64,000 nt of DNA from Cyanidioschyzon merolae (taxonomy: Eukaryota): assembly GCA_000091205.1 (NCBI GenBank), contig AP006486.2; one strand, 5' to 3'. The position numbers and the translations under genes are program-made. The notes beneath the pieces are model-generated. The model had not been told where the DNA came from. It ran no database searches and was given only the letters and a program-made list of their open reading frames with translations. Below, one piece after another: positions 11,118 through 22,841 of the stretch. Every line of letters starts with the position of its first letter. The stretch's first letter is position 1.

Positions 11118-13723
11118 CCGCCTTTTCTATTCGACTTCGTTTGTTGCCGATGACTCTTTTCTGAAAGAGCGTTCGACGTGCTCGTCGTTCCCGCTGCTGA
11201 ATACATTCCGAGGTTGCGTATCGAGGTCATCGTCGGCTGTGCTGCATGTAGATGAGCGTTCAAGCGCGTACACACCTGGAGCACCGGATCCGGTGGTTGC
11301 GTACCCCGGGTCGATGACGTGGCTTGGGGCGGTCACTTTTCGCGTGCAAGGCCACTGAGAAACCAAAGCGATCTGCACATGCATCGCGCACTGGGAACAG
11401 ATGTGCGACTCCTAATCGCGCCCAGAAGGTTCAAACGCGTACGAATGTGTGCGAGCAAGTGCATCGCAGTGTACATGCGGCAACGTGCTTTCAGAGTCTT
11501 AACTGTGGTTGACTCCTGCCGATGATCCTTCGACTCTGGCCATGCTCTCTCTATTCACGGCGCATTCCCCTGAGGAATGCAGGCTGGTCTCTGGAACGCG
11601 ACACTGTAGAAAGGTCCCGTCTGAACGAATACAGCTTTCATTCAATAACTGTTTCTTAAAATACATATAAAGGATGTCGACGCGCCCGGTTGAGCAGGGT
11701 TCCGCGGATTCCCAGCGGACCCTCGGGTGACACTTGAAGTTCGAGTCTTCTTCCGAGGAGCGTTTTTAAGCGATCTGCGCCATAGGCGGTTCTGGTGTCG
11801 TGCACACCAAGAAAGCGCTCATCGCATTCCCGAATGGACTGCGGTATCGCGCCAAACCCCAAAAGAAAGTTGTGCGAGCGTCTGAGGAGACGCCCCTAGA
11901 CTAGGCGATGAGCGTGCGGGTTTATTTCGGTCTACCGCGGGGAGTCGATTTTTTGCTTTCGTAGGATTTTCACGATTCCGAATACCCGAGAGATTGCTCG
12001 GTAGCGCTCACGCTCAAACCTGGATGAAAGCCGGCATCTCTGGCGTGTCGATACAGGTGCACGCTCGCTGGCGAGGCATGGTGCGGTTCGGCTGCGAGAC
12101 GTCCGCGGCAGCACGATCGCGACACCGGTACCAGATCAGGAGAGAACACAGAGCTGCTTGCTTTGTTTCCGCCTCTCGACTTTACCAAATTTTTTTGAGA
12201 TGCGCTGCCTCGAACGTCGACGTGAAGCGTAAAGGCCTTACAGATTCATGCATAGCTTTAGGATTCTCGGTCGTGTGGTCTCGGAGAGGCTCCTCGGACT
12301 CTGAGGCGCCGGAATTCCTTATGTCGAAAGGATGATTCGCGATGCACATGGCCGGGGTTTGTCAAAGAAGTGTCATCATCCTCCAACAAGTACGTGCGAA
12401 TCTCTACGATTCTCCTTTCCGTCCGAGTAGTCCACTCAAATCGCGCATTCATCACGATTTCAATGATGCTGTTCAGAGGCAACTCATGGGGCCGGCAATT
12501 CGTGCCGCCCGATTAACGAGAAACATGACTAGGTGTCGTCTCTTGACGACTTTTTTCCAGCACTTGTGGGAAATTCACTGAACTTGTAACAAAAATGATC
12601 TTTTTTCTTCGTAATCCATACCATCCTGTCTTGACGGTCATCGACGAGACCGCATTCTAAACCAGCACGATGGCTGTCACGAGATATGGTGCGAAAAGTA
12701 TCCGTCTTTTCTTTTTGCATGGAGCAATGGTCTTTGACCCGCACTTGTGTCATCGCGAAGCTTGCTTCGAATGGAACGTTTGTGTTCCCGCTCTGCAAGT
12801 CCAAAGCGTTGACGGATTGATATTTCTTGAACTGCTATCCTGCATGGATCTTGCTTGCGGTACTCGTTTCATCATGGACGGCATCGCTTTCCACAAATCC
12901 TCTATCGAATGGAACGGCGTCCGCTTTTGCATGCGGCAGACAGCGCAGTCGGCGACGGGATCGCGGAAACCAGGTCCGCCGTCACAGATATGACGCGGGG
13001 CGTCAACAAGCTGGAGTGCATCGAGGCGGCCTGATGCTCCTGCGAGGACCTCCACCGAACGATGATGGAAGTGGTCACGCCCAACAGGACACCGCTCGGA
13101 AGAAGAGGTGTGGTGGACATATGCGAACACCTGGCCACAGTCAAGTGCCCGCTGCTGCAAAGAACGCACTGATACTGAATGCAAAGGTGAAGAAGATAGC
13201 GAGCGAAGCGTTGATAAGAGGAACCGGTTGGGCTTGAGGTGCGTAAACAACACCTGAATGCTGCGAAAGCGCGATTTCAAGGCTGCCATCAACACCGTCG
13301 GACTGCAGACGAGAAATCTCGAGGGAAAGGAGGAACCAGCGTATTTGTAGCCAGACACGAGAGAGAGAGAAAGAGTTGAACTGCGGAAAAGGCTCGCAAA
13401 GGCTGCTCTGAAGAGATTTGGGAGGAGGCATGAGATTTCGTCTGCGCACCCTTGGTACAACGTTGTCCATTTTATGCTATTAGGATCAAGCCCACCCGCA
13501 AACGTCTGCACACCATCATTGAATCAGTATAGAATATAACATTACAGTACAATATTGCAACTCGCACGCCGCGGCCGTCGCTCGGCCATCGTCGTTGACC
13601 CAGTCGTACGCTCAAGCACGCTTTCTTGGGAGGGTTAGCCTTCTTGTAGCTGGGTCCTTGTTCTGGGCCAGCGTTCCGGTGTGTGACTAGTCCTGCCGAG
13701 TGTCCAAGAACTTCGATCGAGCT

Positions 13724-14179
13724 ATGGCAACTAGATTCAAGAAAAATAGGAAGAAGCGCGGTCACGTAAGTGCTGGGCACGGGCGCATCGGTAAACACCG
13801 AAAAGGTGGTGCTCGGGGAGGTCGCGGCATGGCGGGCGGCATGCACCACCACCGAACGCTTCTGGATAAATACCATCCAGGTTACTTTGGTAAGGTAGGC
13901 ATGCGGTACTTTAACGCCGGAGCGGATAAAAATGCGAAATACACGCCATGCATCAACATCGATAAGCTATGGACGCTCATTCCGCCTGCGGAGAAAGAAA
14001 AGTACGCCTCGAACAAGGAGGCGGCTCCTGTCTTGGACGTGACGCGAGCAGGTTTCTTCAAAGTGCTTGGACGGGGTCACCTTCCGAAGCAGCCACTTAT
14101 TGTGAAAGCAAAGTATTTTTCCAAGACGGCGGAGAAGAGGATCAAGGCTGCTGGCGGTGTTTGCGTGCTCACAGCTTGA
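13724..14179 (+). CDS. 60S ribosomal protein L27a (uL15)
   Basis: [63 protein letters not shown] is the canonical L27a N-terminus. First ATG at 13724 (the track ORF starts at an upstream alternative codon). Intronless. Confidence 0.9.
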   Translation: MATRFKKNRKKRGHVSAGHGRIGKHRKGGARGGRGMAGGMHHHRTLLDKYHPGYFGKVGMRYFNAGADKNAKYTPCINIDKLWTLIPPAEKEKYASNKEAAPVLDVTRAGFFKVLGRGHLPKQPLIVKAKYFSKTAEKRIKAAGGVCVLTA

Positions 14180-15937
14180 GCCGTGGCGAAGGCCTTGGCG
14201 ACATCACCATCTCCACCTCATTGAGACAGTGCAGCAGGCGGTGAAGCGTGCCTCTGCAAGCTGAGAGAGACGTTGGTATTCGGCAAGGTTATGCTCGGCT
14301 TCAGCGCTCCAAGGTATCCAACGAGTTTGGTATTCTGAGGGCTTGGCACACCCTGCGCACGCGTTCTGAAGATAGATGGGTGTCGCCTTGCCGAGATGAA
14401 CAATTCACGGCCGCAAACTGCACTTGCTGTGAGGTGCTGGCTCTCAGGAACGTCTGATTTTCAGTTCTGATGGATGCGTTGGTGACCACCTCGTGGCCTG
14501 CTACGCGGGTACGATGTGTGTAACGCGGTGCGGGAATAGGCGGGCATGTCTCTCCGTTCGTGCTCGCAACGATTCATTATGGGTGTGTGGCGCCGCCAGT
14601 GCAGCCACAGAACGCACGCTGGTGTGGACAGGTCTCGGAGTGCCCGCAGACGAGCCACTCGTGCTTGCGCTGGTGTTGCGCGCTGCACTTGCTGGAAACA
14701 CTTTCATGCTATCAGTGGCAACCCGCGAAGAGCAAATGAGCCTATTTTCCGAAACAGTAAAGGTATCGTCAGGCTCAGCCTGACCCGCCATTTCCCCAGT
14801 CATCCCAGTTGTAGCGACGAGTACCGCAGGGGTCGTCCCTAACGCCGGCCACATGCACGGCTTCATCGCATTGCAGGTGCCAGCAGCAACTCGCGAGCGT
14901 ACGAATCCTCGCCATGACGGCAATGATTGCTTCGGGCACTACCAGCACTCTATAGTCGGCGTGCTCGGAGATATATCCGTTGCCGGCATGCATGGGTGCA
15001 GTGCCAGCGTATGTGCACCCATCATATGGTATACACTCAACGCCAAGCTGAACTCAGCGCGTACGCGAATTGCCAGTGCTTCATGGGCGTGCGGGACGGG
15101 CGCTCGCCCAGTGTCGTAGCGACGCTTCGAGCCGTCTCCCAGCAGCACGATAGTATGCGTCAAGAGCCGTCGAGCTGGACTGTGCTGCTCTTGGTGAGGT
15201 AGAGCGTTTTCCTTGAACGTTCCCTGGTGGATATACAGGTGTGGGGCTTCCCGGAGAATCCTCAACGACAAGCTCATGGTCGCTCGCAAGAACTGTTATG
15301 CGCTGGTACCGCAAACCACGGATCCGGGGCAGTCCATCACATGAGACAGACGCCTGCCGTACGACACGAACTGCATCGATGAGACGAGGCTGGGGCTCGC
15401 TGTCGACGGCTGCTGTCGGCAGGTAACGCACAAACCACAAACATGGTCAGTTACACGAGGGTTCTACCTCTTCTCATCGTGAACCTCGTCCATCGAGGTA
15501 TTCACGTGCTCCGACACCATCACAGCAACACTCGTGCCAACACTTCTGTGCACTACGCACGATGTGTTTTCCGAACAGAGGCGCCATCCCCGTCTGTACC
15601 TGTATATGCGGTAGCCAGTTGCGAATATCCGACCCTGGATCAGCACTGATGCCGCTACGTGCCGCTCCGAATATTTTTGCAGCCAGCTCCATGATGCAGC
15701 GACAGGCGTTCCTGGTACGTCGAACTTAGAACGCCTTTGGAATGCTGGTAAGCTCCCTGACGATGCGGATCCAGACTTGCCGACTTGGAGGAAGCGTCCG
15801 TTACGCGGGTTCGCGGCAGCAGCAGCAGCAGCAGTAACGCCATGCCTCAGTGCATGGTCGTTGCGGCGCTTGTGGTTTGCAGAGGCCGCAGTGCACCCTA
15901 GCGGTTGTCGAAGAGGGTTGCATGGTTGGCTTTATGA

Positions 15938-16498
15938 ATGCCGCTCATAGAGACTGCCCTTCATGCTCGTCAATCCGTGTCGGAATGCTTATCAAGCGCT
16001 GAGTCACTTTTTCAACAAGTACTAGCTGCTCGAGACGAGGCAGAGCGGCGGTGTCAAGTCCAAACTACCTGGCTACGAGTGCTGGTACGCGATGTGTGTG
16101 CGCTCGTCGACGAGAGGCTTGGCGACTTTGCCGACTGGAACTGCGAAGAAAATACGCTAGATGCTGCGGAACTCCGGAAACTTCTCGAAGAAGATGCTGG
16201 CCCGGAGGCACTTGCGGAAAAAGCACACGCTCTCATCCAAGCGCAACGCTCGCGAAAACGGGAGCGACTCGCAGAACAGGACGAGGTGGCAGGCAGCGTA
16301 GGCGGCCTCGGAAACTACAAAGCCGAGTTGGAAATGATTCACTGTCAACTAGAGAAGCGCTTAAAGGAACCGAAGAGTGAGCGCGCGTACCTGGCACGTT
16401 CAATAGCGTCCGTAGCGACTGAGCTCGATCGCTGTGCAGCGCTGTTGAAACATGCCCGACAACTTGCTTGCAGCGCGTTGCAGGACACGCACCAGTGA
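15938..16498 (+). CDS. Hypothetical coiled-coil protein
   Basis: 186-aa ORF from ATG 15938. It is charged and helical (LRKLLEEDAGPEALAEKAHALIQAQRSRKRERLAEQDE...) with a heptad-like pattern. No family recognised. Confidence 0.35.
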   Translation: MPLIETALHARQSVSECLSSAESLFQQVLAARDEAERRCQVQTTWLRVLVRDVCALVDERLGDFADWNCEENTLDAAELRKLLEEDAGPEALAEKAHALIQAQRSRKRERLAEQDEVAGSVGGLGNYKAELEMIHCQLEKRLKEPKSERAYLARSIASVATELDRCAALLKHARQLACSALQDTHQ

Positions 16499-17116
16499 CA
16501 CGCTAAGGTAGCGGGATAATCAACTGAAACGCCTCGAGAGCGGAACGTCTCGTGCGCGAGCGGGAAGCACGTCATGTTACCGACGCTTGACTTTGGACGA
16601 GCATCACCGGCTACCGACTTTCTTTGCATCCGCGGTCGGTGCAACCATGCGGTCATCGATTCAGGAACCGGAGTCGTAAGCGCGTTCAGTGCTGTGGCCT
16701 TTGATCCGGTACTATCCCTCGTGGTAGAAGCAGTTTTAGCAGGCGATTTGTAGAGGAATGCAAGACGCCGTGCGTCAGCCGTTACTAGACAAAATGAGTC
16801 GCAGGTGTGCACACCCGCTCCGTCCCGATTCGCTGGACGGTGCTCCTCTGACCGTCTGCGAATGAAGCATGGCTGCTGGACGGATACACAGGGGAATGGA
16901 GGCACCATATGCGTACCAGATTTCGCGTGCTTCGCGAGAAACAAGGCTCCAGCCCTGTGATGCAAGATCGCGTAGGGAAAGCGCTGCGCTCCGACGCTGG
17001 ATAACGCTGGGCACTGTTCATGTCGCTTGATCAACAAGGCAATGTGAAATGCATCCCAAAGTAGTACTCGAAAGCAAATGGAATCTTCCGCCGACTTATG
17101 CAGCAAGAAGCCGAAC

Positions 17117-18607
17117 TCAGCGGGAAAATTTGCCAAGGGATGTGCTGAGCTTCGCTGCATGGCCCCCTGTGGTGAATGGCGCAAGCTCACTACGATGCAA
17201 GTAAAATGCCGAAAGGAATCCAATTGCAAACCAGCTGCAGCTGCTAAGAAGCACGAGCATCACTAGGTTTGCGGGAAAGTTGTCGCCGAACGAGTGCAAC
17301 ATTGCAAAGCATAACACATAGATTGGAAGCACAACGCATAGCAAAATACGATGCTCGGACGTCATAGGTCCATCTTGTTGAAAAAAGAAAATCAGCAAAA
17401 GCGCTGTTGAGAAAATAAATGCATACATGATCATATAGACACGGCGCATTAACCGACGCATCTCCTGCGGCTCCTTGGAATGCCAAAAAGAATCACTCTG
17501 CATGGAGACTGGCGATTTGCCGCTCTCTTGCTGGGTCTGACGGAGCGCCTCCAGAACCGCTTCGCGAATCGAGCTCGACGTCAAGCCAGCATCGGCACCA
17601 GAGGGTCCAGCGGACTCTGGTGCGCCCCCCTTGCTCTGGTTGTCTGCCTCCGTGAGGATCGTCGCCCCACTTGCGGATGGAGCGCCACCCATCACGCTCG
17701 TTCCTGGCTCATGCTCTTCAGGAAACTGGCGGAGCCGCTGCGGTGCAGTGGTCCATCGAGCGTCGTTCCGCGCGAGATACCGCACCGATGTATGCGCTGC
17801 TGGATACATGACGCCACCATTGCCCGTATAGTATTCATCCAATAGCTCGTCGGACGCTTGTTCGGTCCAACGCGGCCCAGCGCTAGGCATAAGCTCGTGC
17901 TCTCCGAGGCGGACTAACCGCTGGTGCTGTTCTTCGTAAACGTCGGCGGCCGCACTGCTCGAAACACGCTCACCACCGACTGCCGGATACAGGTTATCCC
18001 CGTGGGGTGTGCCAGCTCGATATCGACCATTTTTAGAATGGTACTCAGCACCGGACATAAGTTCAGCACTCGTAGAAGCCGCGAGCGGCCGATTGCGAGC
18101 GTTCCCAGAACGACCGTCTGCGAGCGGCAACGAGAGCACTGCCGACTCGGTCTCTGGGGCGAAGGGGCTAGCGCGGTCAGCTGGGCTCCCAGAACGCCCT
18201 CCGAAAGCAGCACCTTGAGCATCTTCACGTTCTCTTTCCCAGACTGTAGAACGTGGCCTCTTTCCGTGAAAACCCTCCGCAAGGGTTGCCGGTGCCCGGA
18301 CACCTACGAGCCACGTGCCGAGGCGCCAAACCAGACCTACAGCGTACCACAACAGACGATAGAGTCGCGTCACCAAGAACATGGCATATTCGTGTTTAAC
18401 GGAAGCTTTTATGCAAACAGCACCCACGGGAAGCAGCAGAAAATACCTCTGAAGCGTAAACGTTGGACCGTTGCTGCTCCAGCGGTGCGCCTGGAGTGCC
18501 TCGGCACCAGCAGCAGCAGCAGCAATCTGCACGCGAAGACGCGCTCTCCGTGGAGCGAGTCTACCGTGAATGCCACTGCTGGACGTATTCAGGCAGCTGT
18601 GGTGCAA
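17117..18607 (-). CDS. Hypothetical membrane protein (hydrophobic helices at both termini, long low-complexity middle); uncertain
   Basis: 496-codon minus ORF. The C-terminal part (YMIMYAFIFSTALLLIFFF..LLCVVLPIYVLCFAML..LVMLVLLSSCSWFAIGFL) predicts 3 TM helices encoded by the AT-rich stretch 17300-17460. An N-terminal hydrophobic stretch is MFLVTRLYRLLWYAVGLVW. The extent of the real gene is unclear. Confidence 0.25.
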   Translation of the reverse strand: MHHSCLNTSSSGIHGRLAPRRARLRVQIAAAAAGAEALQAHRWSSNGPTFTLQRYFLLLPVGAVCIKASVKHEYAMFLVTRLYRLLWYAVGLVWRLGTWLVGVRAPATLAEGFHGKRPRSTVWEREREDAQGAAFGGRSGSPADRASPFAPETESAVLSLPLADGRSGNARNRPLAASTSAELMSGAEYHSKNGRYRAGTPHGDNLYPAVGGERVSSSAAADVYEEQHQRLVRLGEHELMPSAGPRWTEQASDELLDEYYTGNGGVMYPAAHTSVRYLARNDARWTTAPQRLRQFPEEHEPGTSVMGGAPSASGATILTEADNQSKGGAPESAGPSGADAGLTSSSIREAVLEALRQTQQESGKSPVSMQSDSFWHSKEPQEMRRLMRRVYMIMYAFIFSTALLLIFFFQQDGPMTSEHRILLCVVLPIYVLCFAMLHSFGDNFPANLVMLVLLSSCSWFAIGFLSAFYLHRSELAPFTTGGHAAKLSTSLGKFSR

Positions 18608-21097
18608 CTTGAGGGCGTCGAATCCCCAATCACATCATGCAGTTAGGTATTTGGCTGTTTTGTGCGTCGGTATTCTCGGTTCACGCATCATGGAGCATGC
18701 GGGTGACTGGAGGCTCGTGATACATTCGCATGTGTGCGCATGAAGACGTGTGGGCATTCGGACTTGCAGGATCGACGCAGACTCGCGTGCGTTGGTGGTA
18801 GCGGCTTTCATGGGATGCAGCATCATCGTATGGTGCCAAGCGAGCCATCTTCGTTTACATGAAGCGATCGTTGCATGGATGGATCGACAGGTGTCTGATA
18901 TTGGAAGCGGGCGACGAGCGGGCGCTCAATGTCCCGCAGGACTCCCGCTCGATGTCGATCTGTAGCTGGTGGATATCTCGCAGCCGCTAGCGTCCTGGGA
19001 GCTACAGACAGCGAGTATGGAGCTCGTGATCGGCTCGAGGGCAGGCGCGCCTGCCTCCGGTCGTGTCTAGCGGTCGCTGGGCGTATTCCATTCAAGTTCA
19101 GCGGAAACAGTGCCTCGGGGGTTGTTCTCCAAAGCTCTCTGAGTAAAAAAATCATCCATGGTCGTGCGTTCTTGATCGAATGGAATGGTGTTTGCACTGA
19201 TTCGTGATCTATGAAAGGCGTGTCCAGAAAACAGGACACGTCACAGGGCTGTGAACGGTTCCCACGTGAAAATACACAAGTTTCCGGGTATTGGAAAGTG
19301 CTGCGCAGACAGTCACCGTGATTCGTGAACGTCTCCAGAGAAGCATCTCGTTCGTGTGTCCGGGGCGAGAAGCTGCTTGGGCGCGCGACAGCATTTACGC
19401 TGACGCATGCGTGGCCAGAAGCGTCGATGTTCTTGGCTGAAATGCTCGGCACGAGTCGGGCTCAAGTCTGGCTCCCTCGATGCCAGGTCGAACGTTATGC
19501 GCAGAACGGGAAAATCTGGAACACCTGGACCAGCACGCCACGTTTGCCTTTCTTGAGGGTATTCAACGAAGGCGTGCATCCTGTAACTTAGAGAATGCCT
19601 GACGGCTTTCTTTACGATGCCATTGCTAGCTTGCGAATATCTGATCGAACTTGTACAAGTAAGGCATTCCATCGTCGGCAAATGGATGACCCATCGTTTG
19701 CGGCGTCCGCATACTCCATATCGTTCGCTCAGAACGGAACCAGTATAAATCTATTCACAGGATTGTGTGCTCGTCCATCGGAGCCAATCCATTGCTTTTC
19801 TAAGAACTACCACGGAATAAGCCATATGATGTGAAGTTTCCATATAGTAGAGACGACCAGTGATGCAGATACGAATGGACAAGTTAAGAAACACGCTAGT
19901 AGTCGCACTGGTCGCACGTTGAGCAACACACGATCGATTCCGTACTGAAACGCGAACAGTTTGGGCACGACAGACGGGTATTCATCTCGCTCGATGAGAT
20001 TCTATTCCGCAGAAATCGTACATCTGCGTGTGGATACTCAACGAGCGGCAATGCAATGTTTGCAAAGAAGACACAGGCGAGCTTCGCGACTCTACCAGGC
20101 CAAGCGGCGATGTCGACGGGTGTTCGCATACAAACCTTCAAACAAGAGGAGCGTTTCGCACTCGATGCGTCACCTAAGCAGTCTTCGTGCATTCGCCTTC
20201 CCACATTCTTCCGTCCTGCTCTGAGATAACGTCGCTTTCCATCAATCTACACGGTAACGGAGATCGTAGCTGAGACTGTTGGTAAGCGAAACTTGATGCC
20301 AGCCTATGCTCAGTGGTTTCATCCATCCGGGCGCGTCTTCTCTATCGTCAAACGCCATTTTTATGTTCGACGATCAATAGACGAGTCATTCGAATCTGGG
20401 ACCCCAAACTTCTTCGACAAGTCGTTCTCTAGCTCCACCAGCCCGCAACTGCGCAGTTGCTTCTCTGCTCGTGCGTGCTTGGGGGTGAAAGGCCAGCTCT
20501 GGTCCACGGGCGTGCTCCCGATGGAGGAAATGACGAAAAAATGCGAGGAGCTGTAGATATACACCCAGAAGAGGCGAGTCTCGGTGGCAAAGTCCACCCA
20601 GTGCGCACGGGCCGTGGCAAAAACGAACGGATATACCGTATACCGACCGCGTTCCTGCCAAACCGCCAAGTAAACGAGAAGAAGAAGAAACCTCCGCATC
20701 ATGAAGAGAAAGATCCTCCTAAAGACAGTACGAGCATTGAGAGAGGGCAAAAAGTGTGAGGCCAGAGGGATTCGTCAAATACCTCTGTCGAGGACGCTCT
20801 ACGAAAATCCATCGACGGGGAACGTTTCCCGGAAATGTGATACAGCAAGGCACCAGTGATCGTAGAGTCTTGTCCTGGAGGAATGCTCACGCAGCGCCTC
20901 TCGACTTGAAGCACCTGGTAATGCCATTGTCCATGCGCGTTCTGAACGCCGGGCTTCTAGCTGCCTGCGCTCCTCTGGATTTTTTCAATCAAACCGTTGT
21001 GCAATTTCTGATGCTGGGGATAGATATTGTGAGACGGACTGAGACGCTCAGGGCTCGATATGATCCCGAGTTGGACGTGGCAGACGCCACGGGACAA

Positions 21098-21991
21098 ACC
21101 AGCGAATAGTAGGTCGGCACCAGGACCCGTGCCAATGCCCCGAACCCTGTCCTGGACAGAGGCGATGCTGCATACGCTTCATTCAGAGAGTACATGCGGG
21201 TCCAGATTTTTCGACCAGACGATCTTTGCTACAAGGACCGGAGAGCATGCTGGCGTCCTCAACAACCGATTCCGTTGCTCCATATCACGAGGCGGTCACT
21301 CGCCAACCTCTTCATTGAGATGAAGAACAACAGCACCGATGCGTCGCGTCGTTTGCTCGAGACCTCTGACGCGGCACGTTTCGGAGAGCGCAACAGCTTC
21401 ACGTTTGTCCCTTTGATGGACGGGTACAACGCGTGCAGGGATCGGTGCTGCACGATGCCCATTGATGGCTTCGGAGCGAGATTCACACATCTCGAGCGCA
21501 AACTGGCGCTGAAGCGGGCATCCAGGGAGAGCGTAAAGCAGCGACACATCCACGATGTGGTGTCCGGAAGCATGACCGAGCGTCAGCCTGCCACGAAATC
21601 GAAAGCGAGTAACTTGCCGAGCTGGGACTCTACCAGAAACCATGTGCACAAGTCCTTTTTTCTGCGCAGAGACTTGAACGCCTCAGTGAACGCCAGAAAC
21701 TATTTTGTGCTTCCGGATTGATCATCGAGTTTGCATTTTTGGCGGTCATCATGTCATTCACCAGGGTGGTACTTGGATGAAACGCCGAACCCCTTCGATG
21801 AACTCATCGGTCGCCACGAGCGACAGACTTCCATCCCGGCCTGGAACGAGGTACGCGTACATGATGGAACGGCACGGCGAACGCTGGAAATCCAGCACAC
21901 CCGGATCTCCGTCTCTGGACACTGGAAAAGGCCCCGCATGCCAATGGGTGCACTTTCATGGCGCTCCACGATTCACCATTACCGAGTACGT
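21098..21991 (+). mobile_element. ~0.9 kb repeat element E2, copy 1 (TnpB-like C-terminal fragment ORF plus ~270 nt 3' non-coding tail)
   Basis: ~98% identical to 32744-33621. The 175-aa ORFs differ at 4 residues. The copy starts at aaccagcgaatagtagg (stop codon at the left edge) and ends at ...ccattaccgag. Flanks are unrelated. Confidence 0.6.
21194..21721 (+). CDS. ORF of element E2 resembling the TnpB/Fanzor C-terminal region (RuvC-II-like, zinc-ribbon-like, RuvC-III-like); probably non-autonomous or degenerate
   Basis: LANLFIEMKNN is a candidate RuvC-II Glu. SFTFVPLMDGYNACRDRCC matches the V..VDpxYTSqxCsxCG pattern. LRRDLNASVNARNYF matches hRDxNAAxNI. It aligns to the same segment of the 38598 ORF (FVTIPVDEFRTSYT / SRDFNAAINV). 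Motif-level only. Confidence 0.3.
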   Translation: MRVQIFRPDDLCYKDRRACWRPQQPIPLLHITRRSLANLFIEMKNNSTDASRRLLETSDAARFGERNSFTFVPLMDGYNACRDRCCTMPIDGFGARFTHLERKLALKRASRESVKQRHIHDVVSGSMTERQPATKSKASNLPSWDSTRNHVHKSFFLRRDLNASVNARNYFVLPD

Positions 21992-22841
21992 AAGTAAAGT
22001 ACTGACATCCCACTTTACTTTTTTCGAAATCCTCCGCTGCACGAAAAACATTGCTTGTCATATGAAACCTCCAACGGCTTCTGCCTCTGATGCCCATATG
22101 CCAGGAGTTTCTCTGCTTGCTCGATGATTTTCCTCTAGCTTGCCGACATCATACCTCCATAGATGCAATCCTGTGTCGAAATCAACACAGTCGCCGCATC
22201 CCATGTCATCAAGCGGGTGCGTCTTGTCGCTGCACGACGCTGTGCTGGCGGTACGCCTCGAACACATACGACCCGACTCTGGTTTGCAAGGCGCTGGCGG
22301 CCGTCGCCAGGTCCACTCGTGCATTGCCAGTCGCCAACAGAGACAGCAAGTTCTCGTTCGGAGCGCAAAGCTCGATCGGCGACCTCTGCTGGCTATCATA
22401 TCAGATGCTGAGGACACAAAGTCTAGTGCGCATGCCCTTCATCGGAAGTATTCCGCACGCTATAATGACCGGCATGCTCCCAGCATCTGCCATGGACCTC
22501 GCAAGCATCGAGAGCGCTCCGGGAGCCGTTATCGGGTTTTTGACTTTTCCGAAGCGCACTTCGCGCTTGTATCATTCCAACGATGTACCTGCGTGTGTCC
22601 TACCTGTAGGTAGCACAGCCTATGTTTCGCAGCTGCAGTTCCTTACCGAGCAGCACCCAAGTTCCAGGAGACGTTGCAGGCAAAACAAAGGGTGAGATCG
22701 CGGGCGCTCCAGGGGCAGCGCGTCTGCGATCGAGTCGACAATCGTCAGGGAGCGGCTCGGTGTCGGCATACGCCCTGATGCAAACACGCTTTTCGTTTGC
22801 TTTCGGGAACTGTGGACGTTTTCATCTACACTGTGTCGACG

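Noticed and set aside
12750-13511. 253-codon minus ORF upstream of RPL27a, and the 294-codon minus ORF 16345-17229
   Set aside because: Ser/Arg/Leu-rich low-complexity translations without domain-like segments. They are probably spurious ORFs in GC-rich intergenic or promoter DNA.
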